NCBI RefSeq assembly: GCF_001194135.2
Contig: NC_068983.1
Span: 8,843,728 to 8,907,727, forward strand
Source: Octopus bimaculoides
Taxonomy: Eukaryota
DNA length: 64,000 nucleotides
Direction of reading: 5' to 3'
Shown here: positions 52,758 through 64,000 of the stretch, piece by piece
Position numbering within the stretch: position 1 is the stretch's first letter
Layout of the letters: the number at the start of each line of letters is the position of its first letter
Program-made: the position numbers and the translations under genes
The notes under the pieces: generated by a model
The model's database searches: none
Seen by the model: the letters and a program-made list of their open reading frames with translations, nothing else
Told to the model about the DNA's origin: nothing

Positions 52758-53460
52758 TGTGTGTATGTATATATCAGGTGGCTTATTCCTAGACGTGAAG
52801 CAACGTAATGAAATTGATTTGAATTTGGAATCTTTATATTTATAATGTAAATTGAAATATAAATGCTTGTAGCTTGAATATTAAAGCCTTTTTATTTCTT
52901 AACAGGTTATTACAATCCATATTCTTAAAATATATTTTGTAAATAACTTGTTTTACAAGTAAATATTTAATGAGGGAGTGGAAGAAAAATCATTTTAACT
53001 TTCAAAAATGTTCCAAAATTGAAATATATTGTCGGAATAAATGCATTATTTCTATGTCAGTTAAGGAGACGAGTTCGCTTAGCGGCATCTCGACCGTGTT
53101 TAAGTCCTGAGTTGAAATTCCACTGAGGTCGACTCTGCGTTTTATCCTTTTGGGGTCAATAAATTAAGTACCAGTGAAACACTGGGGTCAATGTAATCAA
53201 CTAGCCCCTCCCTCAAAATATCAGGTCTTGTGCATTTAGTGGACAGGATTATTAAAGCGATGAGCTGGCTGAATCGTTAGCTCTCCGGGGAAAATGGTTA
53301 GCAGCATTTCATTCATCAGGATCAGAGTTCAAATGCTGCTCAGATCACCTTTGCTTTTCACCATTTCGGGGTCGACAAAATAAGCACCACTTGAGCACGA
53401 GCACTGGGGTCGAGGTAGTCGACTGCCTCCAACGAACTTGTGCTCAAATTTGAAATCATT
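52290..53460 (+). mobile_element. three degenerate family C SINE copies (about 52290-52470, 53060-53245, 53260-53460)
   Basis: ctgag.t.aaat.c..ctgag.tcgact motif and cactggggtc tails. Confidence 0.7.
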
Positions 53461-54697
53461 TTTTGTCTACACCTTTCATTCTAAATGTCTATTTTCTAAT
53501 CATGTGTTTCCGCTTGCAACATTTGGATAAAGTAGACACCACTTATATGCATGTATCAATTTCCGTGTTTTTGCAAGTACGAAATCAAAATGTTTATAAT
53601 ATAGTTCAAGATAATTTCAGACGATATATTAATGAATACAAATATATATTTTTTTAAAATTTGCTCAAGAGAAATTATCTCAGTAATTTAAAGTAATTAT
53701 CGTACTACATTAATTTCCAAACTGAAAACAATATTTCTGGAAGAAAAAAGGATTTCTTGTGAAACAGTCATAAGGATATATCCAAAATAAATGCATTATG
53801 ACTGTTATTTCTACAAAAACACTAACATATACACTAATATGTGAATGTATTGCTCAAATACTAGGAACAAATTGCGAAACTGCAATCATAGTTCAATATT
53901 TTGTGCAACACTTTGAAAATACTTTGCATTTTTCAAGAATTAGCAGAGCAGAAAATAACTTTTACATATCCCAATATGAATAGAGTATAATATAGTATGT
54001 ATCTATGCGTATACATACGTATGTATATCTATGTCTCTCAATATATATAGCCATGTGTTAATATTTGTGCGTGTGCGGCGATGTGTGTGTGTGTGTATGC
54101 ATGTATGCATATCTTTATATACGTATGCTTATCTTTTAGAATCATATATATATAGTTCATTTGTGAACAGCAGCATTTGTTTCCAATTGGTGTTGCTGAT
54201 ATTGTTCATGCAAATATATGCACTCGATGATAGATGCGTCGGATGACGATTTGTCCGGGTTTTTGTTCTTCTGGAGTCATCATAGTAATTATCGGTGTTG
54301 GATACTATAATGCAAACATTAATCTGACATCAAATAATATCGTAATTACAAAGCTATATCAATGAACAGCTTTGTACTTAGTCTCCACAGAATATAAATA
54401 ATACTATTTCTCAGATAACGTCTCGACGAAGTACGTCACACTTATTGATCAAACACACAGAACACAGACTGTTGAGGTTATGTAAAAGACAGAAAAACCT
54501 ATACATTTCTTTGACTTATAAGATTAGAGATTAACACATGCATTACGGTATTACATAGTTCAGTAAGAAATGTCAATATAGCAAGCACAAAGAGACAAAG
54601 TAATAGTTTGTTGCAGATGTCTAGTGAGAAGATGGAAACATATTGAAGCACATAACTCCAGAAATACATACATTAAATATGCTAAATTTTTCTTTGA

Positions 54698-54742
<45 letters not shown>

Positions 54743-54752
54743 NNNNNNNNNN

Positions 54753-54790
<38 letters not shown>

Positions 54791-55259
54791 TATATAAGGG
54801 TATCAATATGTATATTTATATACCAGGACATACATACTCATATTCATGTGTGCGCGAATGTGTGTGTGAATATATGTTTATATATATTATATATACTCAT
54901 ATGTTCGTATGTATGTATGAATTTATGTGGGTATAGATAGTAAGAAATAAAGTTATAAATCCATAAAAAAAAGCGGCAATCTGCAGATTTGTATCGTCTG
55001 AGCTGCCAAATAACATCAAAGAATAATCAATCCATGAATATAATTTTATGATCAAAAGATATTGACGAAATGCCAATAGTATCGGAATATCTGTGAAACT
55101 TCGCGGTTTTGTCGAAATCAATTGTGGTTCATTGGGATTATTACGGGATAATTTCAGTATATGTGTATATATGTGTGTGTATGTATATATGCATGTACGC
55201 AAGTAGATACTTGTGTATGCGTGCATAAATATCTCATATATACGTATATGTAAATGTTT

Positions 55260-55350
<91 letters not shown>

Positions 55351-56303
55351 TATACACGCGCACGCACAGGCTTATGTATATAGTGGGTAATAAAATGCCT
55401 GTTTCAGCATTACATAGCCACTAAGTAGTGTTCAGAGAGATTAGAATTGTAAGCGACAAAGTCCGGAGGTAGAAACTCTGGCTAGAGTAATGTTTAGAAT
55501 CGAACGAGTATGTAGAAGAGAGAAAAGGTTAACAAGCGGAAGAAATGTACTTAAGTTAGGGTTCTTTTTTCCCCCGAAGATAATGCTGTACAGAGGCTTC
55601 AAAATACGTGCTATTCTATATTTTATAGTGCATACGTTGCATTGCATTCTCAGTATTGCATATATTTATATTTGGCTCATTGGCGGACTGGAATAAATGG
55701 AGAAGCAATATTTGAGCCTTTCTACCAGAAATATACCTATTCCATCCAAGAACTTGTATATGGAAGCTCTTCTACATAAAACGAGCGAATTTATCTCGAG
55801 CCCTAGGTGGCGTGCCTTATGTTATTAACACTTCTATTAAATTGAGCTTTATGTTACTTTATTAATGTCGAAGTAAGTGTGCGTATATATTGAATATTCT
55901 GCTGGATATTAGGTCATGTTCTTCTAGTTTTCCGCTCGTATTGCCTCCACTCAAATTATAATTTGGAACTTAGCTCAATTTGAACACTTCGATTCTAGCC
56001 TGCTTACGAGTATTGTTAATTAATAACAATATCTATTAAATAGTATAAGATATATGAACATAGATATCTACATATATACAAAAAGTATGGGGGTCTAGTT
56101 CACAAGTGCTCTAAACAATTAGTTATGACAGGTAATTGCTGTAACAGATTGCTGAGGCTTCAAGATTATAGCCGAGACGGTAGTTATGGAGCCATTGCAG
56201 ATTTCCAATGTAGTGGATATATAATGATTAAACAGGACAGCAAATATTAATGCAAGGCAAACATATGACGTCTAATAAAATATTATTTTACGAAGAAATT
56301 CAA

Positions 56304-56670
56304 AATATTACAGCTGTTTCTGGGATATCCCCGAGCATGGGATATTCCGTTATCAGAGACAAATATGGGAAAAACTTAAGGAAAATGAGAATGGTATATA
56401 TTAATAATGTCGTCGTTTTATAAATATATACCATCCTCATTTTTCCTATTTTTCCTTATTTGTGTCTGATGATGCTGGACCAGTGAAATCTACAGATTTT
56501 TTTCATTCGTGCTCTGTTTATTTTCTCTTATTCCTTTCTCCTGAAGAGTGTATGCGCGAAACGTAAACGACTTTTTCATTTTCCCGAGTGTCAAACTAAT
56601 ACACTTGCTTGTTGTTCATATATCTGTCTTCGGCTTTTGTTGTCAGATAAATCTCAACTATATATATATA
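56304..56670. mobile_element. head-to-head inverted PLE-terminus-like repeats with three hammerhead-like cores
   Basis: Inverted arms 56352-56402 and 56423-56472; cores at 56304-56362 (-), 56466-56496 (+) and 56538-56565 (+, family H1); ends in (TA)n. Confidence 0.7.
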
Positions 56671-58849
56671 TACTGTTCATAATTATACGAAAAACAAAAG
56701 GCCAAAGACAGAGACAATTGAGGAGCAACAAACAGGGTCGATAACTTTGACTTTCAGAGAAAGTCTGTGAAAGTTTTTTCTTACGCTCTCGTTCAGAAAG
56801 GAATGAAGAATGAAAACAGGAGAAAATTGGAGTGAACTAAAATATCTAGATGAACAGCTGCACGGGCTGAATTGAATCCAATGCAGAAAGGGGTTGGGGA
56901 TACGGTTGATAAGGGAAACAACTGCAATTTCGCTGAAGTATGTGTGTGGACAAGCGCACGTGTGTTTATGAACATTACGTGAGCATGTTTGTGTCTATGT
57001 ATGGGAGTGTGTATATGTAAGTGTTAACAAATACGTGAGTGTGTTTATAGAGTGATATGTTCCCCGTGTACTTATGTGTGCTTGCTTGTGTGTGTAAAGC
57101 TATCTACGTATTTGAGTGTGTGCATGAAATGTGTGTGACTCTATGGTCTGCTGAATATTGTGTGTGTGTGTGTGTATGAAAAGGTGTGTATGTTTCTCTT
57201 CTCGGTGGCTGTCTGCTGCACTGTTGGATAAATGTAAATGCATGGAGTCGAAATGTCTGAATATTCTGTTTGTGTGTATGTATAACTGTGTAAGGGCGCT
57301 CTTGTGTATGTCTGTATCTTCCTTCGGTTTATCGTCTACGAAATCCACTCACACGTCTTTTGTTTAACCAAGGGCTATAATAGAATATATATTTGCTCAA
57401 GATAACGCACCGTGGGGCTGAATAGGTACCCATGTGCTGGGGAAGCAAAGTACTTACCATGCAGCCAAAATTTCTTTTGGGATCCCTTCGAATAGAGGGA
57501 TCCCTTCGAATGTAAGGAAACTGCTGCTAATAAGTGTAGGCAACGATAAACAATAGTTGAAGAGTAGTGGCAGATATTCAGTGGCTGTGAAAAGTTTACT
57601 GCACAACATTTCATGGCCGTATCATTTGTTTTATCATCGATCAGAGCTGATGTTGACATTAAAGGACACGGAGACTAATAACAAGAATTTATTGTAGTGT
57701 TGGCTGCACAGAGATGAAAGATAAGTTTATGTGCTTTGACTCTGGACCTAAAACATTAAGACAGAAATCTTGGGCAGCTGCATTGTTATTTCCGATAAGT
57801 CATCAACGTCGTTTACACAGTAAGCTTCCACTGGTTTGCCCGACATATTGGGACAGCAAAATTTCCTTTAGATCCCAGTCTACTACTTCAAAGAAAAAGC
57901 ATGTTAGACCACTTTAGATATAGTTTATCTGAAAAAGAAAAGTGAGGTGAATGGTCAAGTCTCGTGGGTCTGTTTGATGGAATGACGTGGAGCTAAAAAA
58001 AACATCACGACAAATTGTCAGTGCTGACATGTACGTTAAGATATAAAAATAGAGATGCAAGACAAAATATTTCAATCAATATAATACATATAAAACAAGT
58101 AAAACTGAATTTTGTCAAAGTAAAACTTCAGAGTTGTTTTAACATACTCATAACCAACTAGCTAAAGGAATTAATCATTATCTGTATACATGTACATGGC
58201 TATACAAATATATCAAACTATATAATACTTGCATCGATTTTTGTAACGTTATGATGTATATATATATATGTGTGTGTATGTGTGTGTTTGTTTATATACA
58301 TATCTGCGTGTATATATATCGAAGCACCTGATTTTATATATACATACACACTTAAAATAGTTTGTATAACCAATCGCATTATCACCAACACGTTGAACGC
58401 CACTATTTGGTGATGTATCGTATACAATATTTGATCAAAGATTAAATATAGAATAAGTAGAAAATAACAGCCGAAGTAATCTCTGAGAATAGTATTTGAG
58501 TTCTGCGTCACATTGAGTATTTTGTTTGAATGTAATTTCGTCATATAGTATTGCGCTACTAATATAATATTTAACCTTAATATAAAAGATGTTTTGAAAC
58601 GTAGTATTTTTGCAAAATAAACCCTGATTGAGTGGATCTATAATCAATGATGTTCGAACTATGGTCTTTACGTTCATTTTCCTCTTTCAGTTTTAATTTA
58701 CAAATTCATCTTCTTCCAGTAAAAGAGCGTGATTTGAGAGAGACTTGATCGCTATTTCTAGCAGCCTGAGCGGTCGTGTAGGAGCTTCTACATTGCCTTT
58801 ATTTATATATTTTTAATTTTGTAGCCTATTTTGTTTTTTCTTATGACCT

Positions 58850-59230
58850 AGTGATTATTGTGTTGAGTTCCAATTACAAAATGAAAGGTTCGAATTCTGG
58901 ATCGGGCGGTGTGTTGTGCCTATAAGCAATTCACTTCGGTTCACTTTGCTGCAGTCTACTCGGCTGAATTATGTACCATGGGTGGAGCTGCATACTCGCG
59001 TTCTTCCAGCTGTCATATCCTAGTTGGTCTCCTCAGTCAAATAGGAGCGGGTCAATTATGGATCAATGCCTCGTTACTACTATATAGCTACCTGAAGAAT
59101 CTAGCGAAAACGTGGTACACCCAACCACTTCATACATATTTGCAATCAACGGATGTTGCTTTTAGTTTTGTTGAATTTCATCTTCCGGTTATCCCAAGGT
59201 GAGCCTTGACATAGCTGATATGTGATCTTG
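58850..59230 (+). mobile_element. degenerate tRNA-derived SINE
   Basis: B box ggttcgaattc followed by gggcggtgtgttgtg..agcaa..cactt (CORE-like). Confidence 0.5.
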
Positions 59231-60049
59231 TATTTTCGTCGAGGGCAATAATCTTGTATGTTGACATCATTTTAATTTGATATCAAAATGTATTTGTCAG
59301 GACTGTTATATAGAAAAATTGGTTTTCTGTCAACATTGCGCAACATGTAACGATAGAAATGTTTGTCTTACTGTCGTAATTAAATTAGTCATAATAAATC
59401 AAAATAAATCTTTTAGAATATATTCATGATAACAATTACAAATATAAGTTGGCATCATGAGAGAGATGTTTGTAAATAAAAGACGACCAATTAGGAACTA
59501 CTTGAATGAATTTTATAGAAATATCCATTACGAAACCACAAATAGAGATCAACAACGTAATTATATATGATGTAGGTCATTAATATTACAAATATCATTT
59601 GGCAGACTGGAACACCAACAGAGAAGAGTAATTGATTATTGACATTTCTGAGACTGGTGCAAAGCATTAAAGAGATAATTGAGGATAGATATATTTCAAT
59701 GTAAATCTAAGAATACAACCAATATATTTTACCAACTAACCATATGCAAATATATTACAAGATCTAATGAAAACGGAACATGTCTGGATACATCTCTGTT
59801 ACTGCCATGATTAAAATAAATTACACTTTCAGTTGAAGTTCGACTTCTAACCGTATATGTCTAATCAGATTTGTTTCCCTTACTTCCTTAATTAGATTAA
59901 CATTAACATTCATTTAACGTGCGAAGTGGTGCCCCAACATGGCTGCAGTCTAATGGCCGAAACAATTTTCAGAAATGAAAACCTCTTCTATTGTTGGTCA
60001 CTATAGCAGCCTTTCTTCCTCGGAATTGACTGTCGTAAGTCCTACACAC

Positions 60050-60340
60050 ATGCACTAGCTACACTCGCACCCCTCCATCTTTCGTCAATGCAGTCGTTTC
60101 TAACGATCCAGTCATCGCACTAACTACTATTTTCAGTCCTTCCTCCCTGGAAAGTAGTCCTACACATCGGGATTTTCTCCTCGTCCGTGTCTTTCTTACA
60201 CTTGCAACAATTCAACAGATAATGACCCGTCTGGAGACCCTGCAAACCTCATGGGTATTGTTATATTTTGTCATTGTGTGCTGTTACTGATATTATTTTA
60301 CCCATTATAATTATCTCTCTTGTAGGGAACCATGCTTAAA
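60050..60340 (+). mobile_element. possible CR1/L2-group LINE 3' end, highly decayed
   Basis: RTNYYFQSFLP-like segment at about 60117-60150 resembles the terminal RT..Y..SF.P motif; weak. Confidence 0.35.
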
Positions 60341-62018
60341 TGTATTCCGTACGTATGTTTTTATATCTAAGCTAATTTTTTGCTGTATTGTCAATATTAC
60401 GAACTAGGTTCTTAGTGATCCACACGTAGAGTGTCGCATGTCTATAGCCAAAATAATTGCTGGAGAAGAGACACTTACATCTTTCACGTTTATCATTTAA
60501 TTTATGAGTGTTATAATTCAATATCAGATTATTCTGAAGGATACATGCTGATAGTTTATTAATGTATGCATTTTTGTTTTGATTTTGATTTTGTATGCTT
60601 TTCTCTATTTAGTTTTCTTTTGCATTTTAAGTGATATTGTGAGACGTCATTAAATTTAGATTACGGATTAATGCAATATATTTTGCGGTCTCTTTCATGA
60701 CAATATTTTTAACATATATAGATGTTATACAAATTATTCCTATAACACACTTTATGTATAGCGCGTGAATATTTAATAAGTGTATTTTCAGATTTATTTC
60801 TTTTACTCTTGCTCTGTAATCTTGAATTTTGACCGATATTTGTTTCATTCTGTGGAATTTTATCTATTGTTCCATTTATAGAGGAAGGTTTTGAATGTCC
60901 TTCTAATTAGATAATTCTCACTGAAATGTTATACGAAGGCCGTTATCTGTTGCTTTCATGTTAATGTATAGATGTATCTATCTTTTTGCTGTAAGAATCA
61001 TATCATATATCTTTATATGTGCGTTTATATCTACATACGTAATCAAAAGTATGTGTTACAATGAAAGTTAATGAAATGAATGATGAAAACAAAATATTCG
61101 TAAAAAAGTGAAAATTGACCTTTAGTCGCCAAAGAACTCAAATAAAAATATAAATCCTAGCGGCAACCGTTATTGACTCACGAAGAAAAAAAAAATCCGA
61201 ATAATTTCGAGGCAATTCTGTTCAAGGAAAATATGATTTACTGGAGAAAATAGTGATACATCATTCAGTCAAAATTGAGTAAATATTTTCGTACAAAAGT
61301 GGAAAGCTAATTCACATGCAATTCTTGTGAGATGTTCTGAAAAAATATAACAATTTAGGAAACAAAGTTGTGTATCTTTATACACAACTATTTAGTTACT
61401 CCGTCTGTTATGTTTGAAAACTAAGCATGCATAAAATCACACACCATACCGTACTAAAAAATATATATATATACAATTTTGTTTTAATTATAAGCATAAT
61501 GTGTATATAGTTGGGAGTATTGCTGTCTGGGAAATATCTTATGGTAGTGGAATAGTATTTAACTGCTATTTCTAAATTTCGGTATGTGGTGAAGCAATTT
61601 TGATGAACCCTAATTATAATTATGTTTATAATTATAAAAATGTTTGTATAAGTTTACCGATAATGGTTCTATTAACATACCGAACTACTTGGCAAAATTA
61701 TTAATTATAAATTTTACCTTATATATATATATATATATNNNNNNNNNNNNNNNNNNNAGATTTCATTTGCGTATACAAATTTAATCTGCGGTCCATGGGA
61801 TGAGCCGTTTTAACGATGCGTCCTGCCCGAAGCTCGTCGAAACGCCGGTGTTAAAACGTGGGTAGCTGATGAAGTAGAATGTTCTCTATGTGGCTCGTGT
61901 GTTTTCTCGTCTACGTTTGTTTGCAATGTCCTGTACCCAGATATACACCTATACATACAGGTGGATGTCGGTATGTACATACCTGTACGTATATATGCAT
62001 ATACTCATTTATTATTTG

Positions 62019-62058
<40 letters not shown>

Positions 62059-62339
62059 CAAATGAATTAATAACAGACGATGGCTAATTTTCCATCGTCT
62101 GTTATTATTAATTTGATTATAATACATGGTGGGCATTTACGACTGGTCTGACACCCTGGAATATACCAACAACGTACAATCTACGTAGCGTGCGCTTTCT
62201 ACGAGCCCCTAGGCGCTAAAAACTCACATAGTTGTTTTTCTCTACGTATACAACTTGAATATCCTATTTGATATTTATCAACCACAAGTGGTGACCATAG
62301 GTTTACCCAACCCTATCTAGTGCATATCTGTTCAATTAC

Positions 62340-62379
62340 CCGATTCTATTTGAATCCTTATTATTATTATTATTATTAT

Positions 62380-62438
<59 letters not shown>

Positions 62439-62445
62439 ATATTAG
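62340..62445. repeat. (ATT)n/(AGT)n microsatellite
   Basis: Direct inspection; explains the poly-L/I ORF. Confidence 0.9.
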
Positions 62446-62870
62446 TATATATATATATTTATTTATATACACGTATATATATATATATATATATACACAC
62501 GTACACACACATATATATAGAGTTAGATATATATTGACAGACAGACAAGTAGGTAGGTAGTTAGATAGACAGATGGAAACTGAAAGAGCCCCGTAGTATA
62601 TACATGTGTGTGTGTGTGTGTCTTTGTGTCTGTTTGTCCACACAAACGCCAATTGACGATCAATGTAATAAGTAAAAGTCTTTAAAAAAATAAGTTCTCG
62701 GGTCAATTCATTCGACTAAAATTTCAAGGTGGTGCCCCAGAATGACCGCATTCGAATGACTTAAACAAAACAAAAATACAAAGGAATTTTTTTTTAAAAA
62801 TAGATGTAGATAGATAAATAGATAGACACACATACATACACACCCTCACCCCCACATACTCGCACGCACA

Positions 62871-62938
<68 letters not shown>

Positions 62939-63959
62939 AGAATCCTCGATTGTCTGTGTTCCGCTGCTCGGTTAACTTCGGAAAAAAGACGACTCAATGA
63001 AAACGTAGTGGGGATTGTGTCTTGTTTGATGAAACAGTGGCACATGTTGTAATCTACACCGTAACAGGCCACTGGAGTATTTATCTATCTACCTATCTAT
63101 CTATCCATCTATCTATCTACGCAATATGTTTTTTGAAGATGGATACTTTCAGTTCTTAAGGTTTCAAGAACAATACGTACAATACATACATCCTTCAATG
63201 ATCAGCCTTTATATGTACTATTTTAAAGAATCATATCTGACCTACTTCTCTTTCGGATACGCTGTCATCGCCAGGACTTGCAATATCCATCATATAACAG
63301 GGTTATATTCCTCTTTATTCATAAGTACTTTATCTATCTTTCAATGTTTATACGTTTATGCTCTTTATATTCTTTCAATTTCATAATTCCATTGGAACAT
63401 TACATCCCACAGTAACGTTACGTTAGCATTTATGCTTATTGATAACATCTCTGTTACATTGTAGAAGAGATTTATACTGCTGGAACAGCATACGCATAAT
63501 TAACATGCCGTCGTTTGACATTAGACTAATATATTACATCGATAGGTGAGTGCAATGCACGAAATGGAGAGTGGAAAGATATTTTTGATACAATATGAGC
63601 AAACGTTCGAGTAAATATTACTACTTGCCTAAAGCGTCTTTTAAGTATTTAAATAGAATTCTCATCTATTAGGTTATGCACATATACTTCATTTAATGTA
63701 AAACAACAAGCGATTACAAATAAAGTTAGATTAGCGATGGTCAGACAAACCTATGCTCAAACGCATCCAAGTCATTTCTATTATGTGTGTATGTCAAGGA
63801 GTGTTCGTCCGTGTATGTGCGTGCATGTATGTTCATATATACAAAGGATTTATTTAATCCATTTTTTAACTCGCTATAATTTATATGCCGAGCGACCCAA
63901 ATGGATAATTTGATGTTTTCACGAAGTCCATTGATTCATATGACCTCAACGATGTGTAC

Positions 63960-64000
<41 letters not shown>

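Noticed and set aside
57479-57514. 18-bp tandem duplication gggatcccttcgaat
   Set aside because: A simple slippage duplication; no further structure.

Overview
Eukaryotic, AT-rich, repeat-saturated DNA from a gapped draft assembly (14 N-runs, nearly all bounded by microsatellites). The repeat families resemble those I associate with Octopus/coleoid cephalopods (inference, no search run). I recognise no intact host protein-coding gene, tRNA/rRNA gene or CRISPR array; most ORF-track entries are microsatellite or N-gap artefacts. Supported content: (i) decayed DNA transposons: one full-length mariner (D,D34D, TA target duplication), two deleted mariners, two maT-like (D37D-type) relics, a rosa-like 5' half and a hAT-type MITE; (ii) retroelement fragments: three Penelope-like element (PLE) pieces, an R4/Dong-like REL-endonuclease 3' end next to (TAA)n, and a Tx1/L1-like ORF1 with a CCHC knuckle; (iii) more than 20 tRNA-derived SINE copies. 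The most interesting signal is non-coding: about eight hammerhead-ribozyme-like cores (CUGAnGA-N-stem II-GAA-palindrome-H) in several short repeat families. One sits at the 3' end of a tRNA-headed SINE (9823-10075) and two form a head-to-head inverted pair (56304-56496). Repeat boundaries were read by eye and are approximate unless a TIR or TSD is quoted.
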